Below the pieces are notes generated by a model, which was given only the letters and a program-made list of their open reading frames with translations, ran no database searches and was not told the origin of the DNA. A DNA stretch of 64,000 nucleotides, taken from NCBI GenBank assembly GCA_022605425.2, contig JAKIMF020000004.1, forward strand, positions 310,001 through 374,000. The letters are read 5' to 3'. Source of the DNA: Hamiltosporidium tvaerminnensis FI-OER-3-3. Lineage: Eukaryota; Fungi; Microsporidia. Position 1 is the first letter of the stretch, and each line of letters begins with the position of its first letter. Both the position numbers and the translations under genes were made by a program. Shown here in pieces: positions 34,206 through 47,342 of the stretch.

Positions 34206-35376
34206 TTACATGATAATTAAATTATTTTCTTTCTATTTTAAAAACATATTTCACGATTAAAAATTTACTAAAATAAAACACTTCGCATAATTTTTATAAG
34301 AGAAATAAAGTATTCAAAAATTTCTGTTTTGTAGTAAATGTTACAAGAACGTATAAAATGTAGAATTTAAAAAAAATATCAGTAAAGTGAACCAAAAAAC
34401 CAATGAATTATTTCATAGAGAATGGAAATTTTACTATCCTTGTATTTCAGCCGATGTATATATATCATTAAAGCAACCATTTTTTCAGAAAAAAATGGTA
34501 AATTGAAATGCTCAAAGTAGTTTTGTCTTACGATTTGTTAATTAAAGGTTTTATACAGGTGTTTTCTAAAGAATTGCGTTCAAAAAAAAATGTTTGAAGA
34601 GATACGCCGGGTAAATTTAAATGCTTTTTAAGAAGTTTAAGACAACAAAAAACCATTTTGTACCAATTTATGTTAAAATCCAGTAGAATATGGTATACGA
34701 TTTCTTAGACCACTCCTTTAAAAATGTCCAAAATATTAAAATGTTTTTTCAAATTTTATTTGTTCAAATATTTTTGATTATCTAAAAATACAGCTAATTG
34801 GTTAATTTATAAAAATTTAATTTAAATTTTATTCTTCCTCAATAAACATGCAGCATTTTCTATACGCAACCAGCTCATCGTCTACAAAAGATTTTTTTTC
34901 TGCGAACATTCGAAAATTAGAGATAATAAGAAAGTATAAATTATGTGAAATTTTTGTATTTTTCTATTTTTATATCTTGTTATATTAAATTATGCTTTTG
35001 TATTTATATACACGTCTACGTTCTCTTTAATCTTCTCAATATTTTTTCTTTATATTTTTTTATATGCAATCTAAATTTACTGCCTACATTGTTTTGTGAA
35101 TAATTTATTGTTTAAAACATGTTAATCATTTAATATTTCTTATTTTTTTAAAAAAAGAGGATTTTAGTATTTTTTTACTGAAAACACACATAATATATAG
35201 TTTTAAGATAATTTTGAACCCCTTTGAAGATCATAGGTTTTTGAAGGAAATCTTAACCGAATATTTTAATCGCTACAGATACAAAGATGTACTTTAAAGT
35301 GAATTTGCAGATTCCAGTTCAGAAGTATACCAATATTATGCTAGTATTTGTATTTAAATTGATATTTTTAAATCTA

Positions 35377-37083
35377 TTTTTTATCTAATAAAATTAGAGT
35401 TAAAAAAGTTTTACGATCATTATGCATTTTCTTCTACCTCTTTAACCACTTTTGTCTCTTCTTCCAAATCCGACTCTTTATTTATGTTTATCGTCGGTTC
35501 CTCCTTCTGAAATAAGGGGTGTATTATTTTTTGCTTTGAAATTACTTGCACCATCTTCATTTCTCTTCGCTTCTTTTAAAGGAGGTGTTGGTTCCTCGTG
35601 CATCTCGGCTTTCTCAATAACACAATTGGCGCTTTTCCCCAGCTCTCTTCGGCATTTAGCCTGAATGTCCAGTGCTCTTCTTGGGAAAAGGAAATTGTAT
35701 CGACTGTCTTCTTATGTACTATAGACTGAATGTATGCCTCTACATTCATGGGTATTTCTAGTCTTTTAACATACATCTTATGGTATTCGGTCACAATACG
35801 ATCCCAACTCATCACTTACGCGATTATCTCAAGACTAAACTTATAAATAAGACTCAACACATTAGCTAGCAGGTCATACTTCATAAGTTTTTCAGTTTCA
35901 ATTATTTGAAGTGAATCTTTGAAAGTGATTCCTACTTCAATGAGTGTTATCTTATTCTTCTTCTTGTCTAAAATAAATATGTCGGGTCTGTTATTCCGAA
36001 TTTCTACATCAGTTTTTATTCTGGTGTCCACTCTTATCTCTGCATACTCATTATCAAGAATTTCTTGAACTGAGTGGCTCCTTATTCGTTTTGAAGACTT
36101 AAACTTATATCTATTTAGAAGAAGTAAGTGTAGGCATCTAACCACTTCATTATGCCATCTAGTGTAATCATGGCCTAGCATTTTTTCACATCTAGTTGCT
36201 AGATGATCTACAGTCTTACCAGACTTCCCGCAATGTTGACACATACCATCTGCTCCTCATAAAACATTTCTATCCTTAATATAGCAGAACCAGCTTCATT
36301 GCGTGGCCTAATATTACCTTTCTTTAGCCATCTTGAAGAGTCACTAACACTCACAAGCTCATTTTTTCTTGCATTATATAACTTTGAATGGAGTTTTCGT
36401 TTTTCTATTTCGTTTTTCTATTTCGTTATATAGTTTTGCAAGTTGAGCTTCTTCTAAACTTTTCTTAGTGACTTCTTCTACCAACCTGTACTTTAATTTT
36501 AAGAAGCCTTTTATTAGTGCAAGATGGGTTTTATTATTATTCTCCACCTTGAGGATTGCTGCTCGTCTAGTTGATATTTCTTTACATTTTTCTAGACAAT
36601 CCAAGAGTCAGAAGCATATGTTCGCTTCGCACCTCAACACTATTTAGGCCTCTTCCAAGTTCTGTTCTAGGAAGGTATAAACGCTCTTTACATCCTGGGC
36701 GGAGATGTATCTTATTCTTCACCAACACATCGCACTGCCTATTCTAATTAGAGAAGTCAGCCGGTTCAAGTCGAAGTACTCCTATGTGATAGTTGATTAA
36801 CGATATCGCATGTTGATTGATTGCAGAAAATAATTTTTTTCATTTAATCTAGTGTGACAAAGTCTTTCAACTCTTGATATAAGTTTGTTCTGTACTTCTT
36901 CAAATGAGCTACGTGTTGGGATTCTTCTGCTATCCTCTATTATTCCTAAATATTTGTAAACACTAACACCTTGTAAAAGAGTAGCAGTATCTTCACAACA
37001 CGTATCATTTGTGGCTGACTTCTCTTTGTTAATCTCCGAGCCAATCATCTTTAAAAATTTCTTTGCCTCGCTTGTTATGGCAT
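35377..37083 (-). mobile_element. Frameshifted 5'-truncated R4-like RLE LINE
   Basis: ORF fragments 36797-37120, 36374-36604, 35816-36244 and 35576-35815 encode the RT thumb (YKYLG), CCHC and RLE motifs, nearly identical to 41570-43270. Confidence 0.92.
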
Positions 37084-37544
37084 TAAAATATGAATAAATA
37101 GTAATTTTTCTATTATACATACTTAATTATACTATTTTAACTACTTCATTTTTTTTAATCGGCATACCATTTAAATTTATACTTGGTTACTTCACTGTCG
37201 TTAAATCATTCGATTTATGAGGGAAATATTTTTTGTGCTTACTCATTCCATACCACTTTGCACGTTTTAGATGTGTGGTATAAACACACCTCGGCCTTTT
37301 AAATAACACCAAATGGTGCACTCTTTCTTCTTTCTTCTGTCCTTTCTTCACATTCAGGTTCCTTTTGTAGATCAAAAGAAACTTCATCAACTAATTTGTT
37401 GCATTATCTCCAGAATATATGTCTCTACATTTATGAGTATTCTTAGTTTTTAAAATAATTCTTTTTATATTTTGTCATGCAAGCGGTAAGTTATCACAAA
37501 AGAAATTTTCACACACCAAATTTTTAAAAAAGATGTAAATCATT

Positions 37545-37955
37545 TTCTAATAAGTCATACTTAGTAAGTTTGAAGTTTTAACTATTTTAAGTAGATCACC
37601 GGTGTAATTTAACTGCAACGAGAGTTATCATATTCTTTTTATTCCCAAAATAAATATATTTGTATATTAGTTCGAAACTTGCATTAGTCTTTGTTCTGGT
37701 GTCCACTTCTATCTCTGCATATTCGTTATCAAGAATTTCTTGAACTGAACGGTTCCAAGTTACTTCGAAGAGTACAGTAATATATACTCAATAGAAATAA
37801 ATGTACGTATTTTATCTAATCATCCCTCGGTCACGTATAGTATACTCACGATCAAGCGTTTTTCAACATCTCGTCGCTAAATGCTCTACTGCTTTCCGAG
37901 ACCAATTTATGTCTTGGTACATAACTTCTGCTCTCCAAAATAGATTTATATCCTT
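37545..37955 (-). mobile_element. Decayed internal fragment of R4-like RLE LINE
   Basis: ttctggtgtccactt..atctctgcatattcgttatcaagaatttcttgaactga matches the family. Confidence 0.7.
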
Positions 37956-38253
37956 AATATATCACAATTTGATTAATTTTTTTTCATTTTTCCCTCTTTA
38001 TGTATCATAATATATTGGAAAATTTCACCTGGCCACCTTAAGCTATTATTCCATACCAAGAAAAGTTTTTTGGAAAAAATATAATTAACGATTATATTTT
38101 TAATTTATTTATATTTCTATAAATAGAAAGACCTACTGATATCTATATTAAAATTTTGAATTAAAATTGTCTTTTATTTCAGAAAATATTTTCAAAATAA
38201 CAATATTATTAGAAATATATAAAATTTAATATATCAAATATGCATAAACAAAT

Positions 38254-38802
38254 TCATTTATTCAAAATAAATTCCTCTACTGTTTTATATGTTTGATATA
38301 AATCGGAATTTTCAACAACCAAATCATAATCTTCTTTTCTAAAGACTTCAAGATCCTTTTCAATTCTAGATATCCGTTTTTCAATATCATTTAAATTTTC
38401 CTGAGAAATAGAATTTCCTAATCTTTTGTAAAGCCTTTCTTTCAAATCTTCAACATCACAATGAATATAAATAAATAAACATTTTACTCCACTATTCATT
38501 AAACTTTTCACACCATTTCTGTCCAAATCAAAAATTATTATTTCGTTTTCATGTTCCTCACAGAAAGGTGTCCCATAATAATTATCATTGTATAACGTAT
38601 ATTCCACAAACCGTTTCTGTTTTACCATCTCTAAAAACGTCTCCTTACTTACAAAATGATAATCAATATTTTCCTTCTCTTCACACCGTTTCTGCCGAGT
38701 TGTATATGAAATACTAAATTTAATATTTGTATTATTTGCCATTAATAATTTTATTACACTAGATTTTCCACTACCGCTTGGACCAGAAATTACTACATAC
38801 AT
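38254..38802 (-). CDS. GUK1: Guanylate kinase
   Basis: P-loop ISGPSGSGKSS, SISYTTRQKR.EE....DYHFVS and FVEY..YNDNYYGT. CCCC upstream (GGGG at 38815-38818 on +). Confidence 0.95.
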   Translation of the reverse strand: MYVVISGPSGSGKSSVIKLLMANNTNIKFSISYTTRQKRCEEKENIDYHFVSKETFLEMVKQKRFVEYTLYNDNYYGTPFCEEHENEIIIFDLDRNGVKSLMNSGVKCLFIYIHCDVEDLKERLYKRLGNSISQENLNDIEKRISRIEKDLEVFRKEDYDLVVENSDLYQTYKTVEEFILNK

Positions 38803-38938
38803 TTCTATTGTAAAGGGGTCTTTTAAACATTTTAAACTTGTTTTTAATTTCTTAATTTAAATTTATTTACACTAAAAAATCAATATTTTTCATGTTCTTT
38901 CACCGAAAATTTTTCAAAGAAATTAAAAAAATTAAATA

Positions 38939-39150
38939 TAAAATTTATATTGAAAATCAAAGATATAAAATTACAATAAATTCCATATTTTATTCTAAAT
39001 TATTAAAATTTATATTGGAAATCAAAGGTATAAAATTACAATAAATCCCATACTTTATTCTAAATTATTTAAAATTTATATTGAAAATCAAAGATATAAA
39101 ATTACAATAAATTCCATATTTTATTCTAAATTATTAAAATTATATTGAAA
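38939..39150. repeat. ~66-bp tandem repeat x3
   Basis: aaaatttatattg(a/g)aaatcaaag(a/g)tataaaattacaataaat(t/c)ccata(t/c)tttattctaaattatt repeated three times. Confidence 0.9.
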
Positions 39151-39488
39151 AATTATATTTAAAACCAACATATAAATAATGAGTAAGTAAATAAAATCAA
39201 TAAAAAAACATCTTTATTATAAAAAAATTGATCAATTTAAATTAACATAACTACAAATTACATGTAATATTCCTAACATTCAAATATACATATTTACGGT
39301 TATACATTTGTTTTAATTCATATATTTTAGCAAAAACTAGATTTATATAGTTATTCTACTATTTTTTATTCTATTCACATATTAAATTACAAATTTCGAA
39401 TAGAAAATAATATTTTAAATATTTTGATTAAATATTTTCTTAATTATAATTACACATTTTAATTTTATATATTAATATTAGAAAGAAA

Positions 39489-42400
39489 ATGGGTAGAAAG
39501 AAAAATGTTAGCAGCGAAATATCGAATAATACCAAAATAAAAGCTGCAAACGACGCTGATGAGGTGAAAAAGAGTGATAGTGAGATACAAAAATGTAAGC
39601 TACACCCACCGGCGATTCCCCTACCTTCCTCCTCCTACACAACAATAACACCTCCACCACCAAGCCAAACATGCAGTAAAATGCAAAATAGTGGGCTTGA
39701 CACCTTACCTTCGCCTAATGCACCAGTTCCCTCTTCGGTTGAAGTCTCTGCGTGCGAGCCATCGTACGACATGACAAGCCCCTGTACTCTAGCTATTCCG
39801 GAAGGTAACAGGCTAATGGCATTGCGGACGATATTCGATTCCGTAACAGCCGACCCGAAGGAATGGCCTCGAATTGTTTTTTTTGCAGTACAGACAAGGT
39901 TTGAAAGAATGCCAAGAAATGGCTGGACAGAGCTTCACAGGTACTATAATGAGAAATTCGGCTGCACTGAAACTCTCGAAGTGTTAAAAAAATTGGCACA
40001 AAGTGAGATGGGAAAGGATGTAAAATCAGAAGAGAATGGAGAGCGACGTAGAATCGCCACTTGTCTCGCTGATACATGCACCTTGACCGACACCACGGAG
40101 TACATAAACCTGAGAGATAAATTCTTGAGTAAAATCAAAGAAATCTCTGAGAACGAAATTGGAAAAGTAGTGGTCCGAACTAGAAAACATCCAAATGAAT
40201 TGGTTGATAGTAAAGTTCTGGATCTCATTAATCGAGTAGTCGGTGAATATGCAGGAGCTCATGTACCTGAGTCAATTACGGAAGCCGCGTATATCATGCA
40301 AGCTGCGCAGGTATGCTATGACGAGGCAACACGCAAAGAAAAGCCTAGATCCGCTTGGAAGGAAAACATAGAAAGTAAAATTTCTAAGTTAGTACTTTCC
40401 AAAGATCTTCTCGAGAAGGCTCGTAAGCAGGAAAAGCTCTCCACTTCGGAAACGAAGAGCCTTAAGAAAATCATGCGAGAGTTTAATTTAAACTTGAGCA
40501 GCGTAACTGATCTTTCTGAGGCTTTAGTTAAGAAGAATGAGTCTTTGAATGTTTACGAGAAAAAAATTACGATGCATGAAAGTAGGAAGCAATTCCGAAA
40601 AGAGAATCGTATGTTTGAGCTTTTCCGAGGTCGATTTTATCGTGGGTTATCTGAGCGTGTGGAATCCGAGCATGTGGTTAGCCGTGATGAAATTGTGAGT
40701 TTTTGGTCTACAATGTGGAACAAAAATGATGACACAGTCACGTACGATGATTATTTGATTCCATTTGTATCAGATAATCATCCGACCACGTTTCCTTCAC
40801 TTGATGAATTTGTGAATATCATTAATTGGCTCCCTAATTGGAAAGCTGCTGGAATTGATGGTATTTACAATTTTTTCATTAAGAAACTTACAACTCTTCA
40901 CAAATATCTTTATGATATTGTGAAAGTTATATGTTTAGAAGGAACACCTCAAGCTGATTGGTTTTACTGCGGGCTTACGTATTTGATACCGAAAGGAATT
41001 CCACGAAGAGGCTCTGACTACAGGCCAATCACTTGTATGTCCAACCTCTATAAGTTAACGACAAAGTGTGTAACGAAAGTCGTTCAACTTGAAGTGGAAA
41101 GGCGAGGGTTGCTTGCAGAGAACCAACTAGGGGCGGTAAGAGGTGTGCAGGGAGCGAAAGAGCAGGCTCTACTGAATATTGCCTTAAATAAAGAGTATGG
41201 AAATAATCTTAAGGCAACATGGATTGATGTTAAAAAAGCTTATGATTCAATAGATCATGCTTATTTAACTCAATGCATTGAAAACCTTAATTTACCTGAT
41301 TGGATCCTGAAATTTATTAAGGTAATTATATCAAAATGGAAAATTGATATATCAGTAGGGCCTGAAAAATCATGAGCAAGAGATTGATAGAGGGATCCTG
41401 AAGGAGATAGTCTGTCACCTTTGTTATTTGTGTTTGTATGGATCCATTAGCCGAAAGCTTAATGAAAATACCAAAGTGACAGTACAAACAGATGCAGAAT
41501 CCCATTCTACTAATCATCTCTTGTTTGTTGATGATCTTAAGCTCCTTGCAAAAGACAGCTCCACATTGAGTGCTATGACAGGCGAGGCAAGGAATTTTTA
41601 GAGGTGATTGGCTTAGAGATTAACAAAGAGAAGTCAGCCACAAATGATACGTGTTGTGAAGATACTGCTACTCTTCTAGAAGGTGTTAGTGTTTACAAAT
41701 ATTTAGGAATAATAGAAGATAGCAGAGGAATCCCAACACGTAGCTCATTTGAAGAAGTACAGAGCAAACTTATATCAAGAGTTGAAAGACTTTGTCACAC
41801 TAGATTAAATGCAAAATTTATTTTCTGCAATCAATCAACATGGATATCGTTAATCAACTACCACATAGGAGTACTTCGACTTGAACCGGCTGACTTCTCT
41901 AAGTTAGATGATGCAGTGCGTGCGGTGTTGGTTAAAAATAAGATACATCTCCGCCCAGGATGTAAGAGCGGTTGTATCTTCCTAGAACAGAACTTGGAAG
42001 AGGCCTACATAGTGTTGGTTGCGAAGCGAACATATGCTTCTGCAACTCTTGGATTGTCTGGAAAAAAGTAAAGAAATATCAACTAGACGAGCAGCAATCC
42101 TCAAGGTGGAGAATAATAATAAAACCCATCTTGCACTAATAAAAGGCTTCTTAAAGTAAGTACAGGTTGGCAGAAGAAGTCACTAAGAAAAGTTTGAAGA
42201 AGCTCAACTTGCAAAACTATATAACGAAATAGAAAAACGAAAACTCCATTCAAGTTATATAATGCAAGGAAAAATGGCTTGTGAGTGTTAGTGACTCTTC
42301 AAGATGGCTAAGAGAGGAAATATTAGGCCACGAAATGAAGCTGTGTTCTGCTATATCCAGGATAGAAATGTATTCTGGGAGCAGATGGTGTGTGTCAACA

Positions 42401-43271
42401 TTGCGGGAAGTCTGGTAAGACTGTGGATCATCTAGCAACTAGATGTGAAAAATGCTAGGCCATGATTACACTAGACGGCATAATGAAGTGGTTAGATGCC
42501 TACACCTTCTCCTTCTAAATAGATATAAGTTTAAGTCTTCAAACGAATAAGGAGCCACTCAGTTCAAGAAATTCTTGATAATGAGTATGCAGAGATAAGA
42601 GTGGACACCAGAATTAAAACTGATGTTAAAATTCGGAATAACAGACCAGACATATTTATTTTAGATAAGAAGAAGAATAAGATAACACTCATTGAAGTAG
42701 GAATCACTTCCCAAGATTCACTTCAAATAGTTGAAACTGAAAAAACTTAGGAAGTATGACCTGCTAGCCAATGAGTTGGATTTTATTTATAGGTGTAGTG
42801 TTGAGATAATCCCTTATGTGATGACCTGGGACGGTATTGTGACAAAATACCATAAATCTCATCTTAAAAGACTAGAAATACCCATGAATGTAGAAGCATA
42901 CATTCAGTCTATAGTACTTAAAAAGACAGTCGAAACTATTTCCTTTGATCGACGAAGAGGACTTGAGTCAGGACTAAATGCCGAAGAGAGCTGGGAGAGA
43001 GCGTCAATGGGTGTTATTATGAGATCAGAGATGCATGAGGAACCAATACCCCCTTTAAAAGAAGCGAAAACAGAGGAAGATGGTGCCAAAAATTTTAAAC
43101 CAAAATATAAAGCCCCCTTTATTTTACAAGGAGGAACCACTTTAGAGGAACCGACCAATAACATAAATGAAGAGTCGGATTTGGAAGAAGAGACAAAAGT
43201 GGTTAAAGAGGTAGAAGAAAACATGTAAAAAATGGTAAAAAATATTTTAACCCAGAATTTTATTAAATAAA
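39489..43271 (+). mobile_element. Near-complete R4-like RLE non-LTR retrotransposon (single ORF: RT + CCHC + restriction-like endonuclease), frameshifted in this assembly
   Basis: RT motifs WKAAGIDG, YRPITCMSNLYK, WIDVKKAYDSIDH, GDSLSPLLF, NHLLFVDDLK, YKYLG, followed by CCHC and RPD nuclease. Perfect 15-bp TSD aatattagaaagaaa at 39474-39488 and 43272-43286. Confidence 0.95.
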
Positions 43272-43496
43272 AATATTAGAAAGAAAGATAAATAAATGTG
43301 TAAAATTAAGTTTTTTTCAAAAAAAAATATATTTATTTAAATATTCATCTGTATTAAATTTTTATGAAAATAATATTTTAAATATTTTGATTAAATGCTT
43401 TATCGTTTAAGTCCCTTTTTTAATTTTATTTCTGATAAAAATGTAAAATAATATTAAAATATTTTAAAATCTGATTTGTTTCTAACTTCTTTATAT

Positions 43497-43550
43497 TTAC
43501 TTACTCCGCGGCGCTACAGCCCTTTAATAACGCTGGTCTACTTTATCTCC
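43497..43550 (-). mobile_element. Very short RTE LINE 3' terminal fragment
   Basis: Minus strand ...agggctgtagcgccgcggagtaagtaa is an RTE-type 3' end with a (TAAG)n tail, as at 4262-4274. Confidence 0.5.
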
Positions 43551-43693
43551 TTTATAGCTCTTAATAAAAGTAAATTTAATTATAAAAAATAGAATTCAAA
43601 TAAAATTTTTAAAAATTTAAAGATAATTTTTATGGTTTAAATAATGGGTTTTATTTATTTAAATCTATAAATTTAAGCACCCCACATATAAGA

Positions 43694-45649
43694 ATGACCA
43701 CAAATCCATTCGACATGGAAACACCGCCACATCTTCATACAGTCGAAGAAAGAAATCAAGCACCATTTAACATGTCATTCTGTGACAATGAAGTGTCCAG
43801 TGATGCATCTTCAGAAAAAAAGATTTTTCCAATCCATGAACCATTTCTCACAAAAACCAAAGAATTTCTGTTGAATTTAAATTCCATAAAATATCTAAAA
43901 ATATTAATTCTAGCGGTTATATTTTTAATAGGATTTTTTTTCAGTGGAAATAGGAAAGTTTCTATAAAAACTGATTCACCCTCAGAAAATCTAAAACTTA
44001 GCACTGTCTTATTTTTTCTATTTAAGACCACAATATCACATGTATTTATATCTTTTGTAATATCTACTACCAGTTTATATTTATTACAGAAAATAGACAA
44101 CAGTACCACAATTTTTTATACTCATGAAATTTCCAACCACATATCTTTACTTATAATTTTGATTTCCATAAATGCGTATTTTTTTATTTCAGATAAGAAT
44201 TTCTATTTAGAAAATAAATACGGTATTGATATTAATTTAAGAGACATGATTAGTATATCAATTATATCCGTTATACTTTTTACTACTAAAAGAATCGTTG
44301 TAAAAAGTATTTCTCACAATTTTAATTATAGTAATTTTATTGATAGAATTAAGAGAGTATTGCTTTTTGAATATTTTATTAATTTAATAGAAAATTCGGT
44401 AAAGAAACCAAAAAATAGGTTGAATAATTCTAGAAGATCAAGTTTTTTAAAAAATTTGTCATTTTTAATTTTTAAAAAAGTACATTTCAGTTCAAAATTA
44501 CTTTTTGAGTCTAAAGCTATTGAAGACAATATTTATATTAAACGAGCGATACTAAAAGATTTTCAAAGTACGAGAGCACCAAAATTTTTTATGTCTGATG
44601 GAGACAAATTGGATTCTAAAGCTAAGACATATGCATCTAAACGTGAAAATAAAATAAATATATGTCTCGAACAAAGAAATCATCTTTCGATCAACGACTT
44701 GTCAAAATATTTTAAAGATAAGAAACATTATGATCGTTTTTTACAAATCATTCAACTTCCTGGTGAAACAAAAATAAAAAATATTTCTTTAAAGCCTATT
44801 TTAGAAACTCTGTATAAAGAAAGATACATTTTAAGAAAAAGTCTTTTTCAAATGAGTGCAGCACTTGGTAGAGTAAATATGGTTTTAAACGCTCTAATAA
44901 TTATATTTACATTTGCTATGGTATTTGTAAAAACGAGTGGTAAAACAGAAACAGTTATCAGTGTATTAAGTGCTATGTTTGGTACTGGATTTGTATTTCA
45001 ATCAAGTGTCAAAAATGCTATAGATAGTCTAATATTTCTATTTTGTATTCATCCTTTTGATATCGGAGATAGAGTGATAATAGAATTGGACAAAATATTA
45101 GAAAATTTAGTTGTAACAGAATTAAACGTTTTCAGTACAGTTTTTCATAGATGGGATGGTACATTGATTTATGTACCGAATAGTGTGTTATGTGAGAAAA
45201 GTATAAGTAATATCAGAAGAAGTGGTGTCATAGCAGAAACACACCTCGTAACAATTAGTTACGACACACCAGAACACAAAATAAAAAACTTTAAATCCAT
45301 AATAAGAAATTTTCTACGTTTAAATCAAGATAATTACAACGAATATTTTATGTTAAATTTTGATACTTTAGAAAATACAAATAAATTGAATCTAAAAGTT
45401 TACATGCAATATAAAAGTAATTATCAAAATTACGAAGTGTATTTGACACGGAGAAGTAAATTTATAGCTTTGATTGTAAATGCTTTAAGATATTTAAAAA
45501 TAGAATATAAATTACCAAGACAGCCAGTTTTATTAGAAAATATAGATAATCTTAATAATGTACAGATAGATAGAAGACTTATAAAGGATATAAGAAATGC
45601 TGATGGTAATGCTACAGATTTGGTAAATAATGAACCTTCTAATGAATAA
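43694..45649 (+). CDS. MscS-family mechanosensitive ion channel, paralog 2
   Basis: Multiple TM helices and MscS core SLIFLFCIHPFDIGDRV...VTELNVFSTVFHRWDGTLIYVPNSVL..KSISNIRRS. CCCC at 43680-43683. Confidence 0.93.
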   Translation: MTTNPFDMETPPHLHTVEERNQAPFNMSFCDNEVSSDASSEKKIFPIHEPFLTKTKEFLLNLNSIKYLKILILAVIFLIGFFFSGNRKVSIKTDSPSENLKLSTVLFFLFKTTISHVFISFVISTTSLYLLQKIDNSTTIFYTHEISNHISLLIILISINAYFFISDKNFYLENKYGIDINLRDMISISIISVILFTTKRIVVKSISHNFNYSNFIDRIKRVLLFEYFINLIENSVKKPKNRLNNSRRSSFLKNLSFLIFKKVHFSSKLLFESKAIEDNIYIKRAILKDFQSTRAPKFFMSDGDKLDSKAKTYASKRENKINICLEQRNHLSINDLSKYFKDKKHYDRFLQIIQLPGETKIKNISLKPILETLYKERYILRKSLFQMSAALGRVNMVLNALIIIFTFAMVFVKTSGKTETVISVLSAMFGTGFVFQSSVKNAIDSLIFLFCIHPFDIGDRVIIELDKILENLVVTELNVFSTVFHRWDGTLIYVPNSVLCEKSISNIRRSGVIAETHLVTISYDTPEHKIKNFKSIIRNFLRLNQDNYNEYFMLNFDTLENTNKLNLKVYMQYKSNYQNYEVYLTRRSKFIALIVNALRYLKIEYKLPRQPVLLENIDNLNNVQIDRRLIKDIRNADGNATDLVNNEPSNE

Positions 45650-45796
45650 AAATAATAACAGATAAGTATTCTTTGTAAGTAAATTTATAGTTTTTTAAAT
45701 ATATTTCTTAGTATTTTATATGTTTAAATAATCTTATTAGTTAATTTATTAGTAATAGAGTGTATAATTATATTTATTTCTAAGTATTTTATATGT

Positions 45797-46053
45797 TTAA
45801 ATAATCTTATTTTAATTTATTTAATATTCAATTTTAAGATTTTTTTAAATCATATTTGATGGAATTAAGAGTTTGATTTTTTTAAATAATCTTATTTTAA
45901 TTTATTTAATATTCAATTTTAAGATTTTTTTAAATCATATTTGATGGAATTAAGAGTTTGATTTTTTTAAATAATCTTATTTTAATTTATTTAATATTCA
46001 ATTTTAAGATTTTTTTAAATCATATTTGATGGAATTAAGAGTTTGATTTTTTT
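45797..46053. repeat. 85-bp perfect tandem repeat x3
   Basis: tttaaataatcttattttaatttatttaatattcaattttaagatttttttaaatcatatttgatggaattaagagtttgatttt; period 85 (catatttgat at 45851 and 46021). Confidence 0.92.
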
Positions 46054-47063
46054 ATTTAAGAAATAATGAGAAGTTAATATTTGCTATTTTTTAAATTTAA
46101 AAACGTTTTATTTGGTCAAATGTATTTGTTTTTATAAATTATTAGATTCATTTTTGTTTCTATTTATTGTTTAAAAGTTTAAAACGTGTTTTTTTATTAA
46201 AATATAAATATATATATGATTTTGAAAAAAAAATTAAAGTGATGTAAGATTTAAAATTTGATTAATTTGGCTTTTTTGAATTTATATGGAATATAAATTA
46301 TTTTATCAGAATAAATTTGTTGATCTGTTTTAATTTTATGTACAAATATTATTTAAAAATAATATGTAAAGTTTGAAAAGTATAAAAAATTTGTTTATTG
46401 CGTTCTTTTAATACCAATTGTTGAATAAATCCGTATTATTTTATTAAAGGTATGTAAGAAGTGTTTTTTTTAATATTATTGATTGTAAATTTATATTTAT
46501 GATAAATTGCATTTTCTTTTAATTTTAATATTTTTTTAAGCATATGTATTTTATAAGAAATATTCTTTTTTTGGTATTTTATTTAATTTAATTATGGGTT
46601 AAAATAGTTTTACGATTTATATGCACTTTTTTTTGTTATATAAAACTTATATTTAATTAAATTAAAAATTGTTGATTTTTGATACATAAATGTGTATAAA
46701 ATGTTCTTTGATAATTAATATTATATTATATTATTTAATCAGAAAGTGATTATATCTGCAAACTAATTGTAAAATATAAAAAATCAATTAAATTAAAGCA
46801 TATTTATAAAAGACTTGGTTCTTTCTCACAAGAATTTATTTAAAAAATATATAATTTTTAATGATATCAAAATGCTAACTCTTAATACTTTAATTAATTT
46901 TTTTAGATTTAGAGATTAAGAATAGTTAATTTATAAAATATTAAGAAAAAATGGACAATATATAATTGTATAGATTAGAAATTTTTTACTAATAATATTA
47001 TTCAAACATAATTTAGTCAATAGAAAAAATTAAAATTTTCGTTACTTTTTATTAAATATAACT

Positions 47064-47180
47064 TTAATTTAATAAAATTCTGAGTTATAACTTTTTCTTC
47101 ATCCTCCTTTACCACTAGTGTCTCTTCTTCTAAATCCGATTCTTCACTTATATTTATGGCCGATTCCTCAAATATGGTTC
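47064..47180 (-). mobile_element. Short 3' fragment of R4-like RLE LINE
   Basis: atttaataaaattctgagtta...gtctcttcttctaaatccgattcttca matches the family 3' end. Confidence 0.7.
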
Positions 47181-47342
47181 CTCCTTTTAAAACTTTTCAA
47201 TGTAAAAATACTTAATAAGATAAACTCCAACGTTCAGAATATTATTAAATATTTTAATACAATAACCGTCACTCTTGATAATTTATAAAGGAAAAAAACA
47301 ATTTTTAAATAAAAATTTACCCACAGAAATATAAAGAAAAAA

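Noticed and set aside
38939-39150. Tandem arrays as CRISPR-like loci
   Set aside because: No unique spacers and no cas genes in a eukaryotic context.
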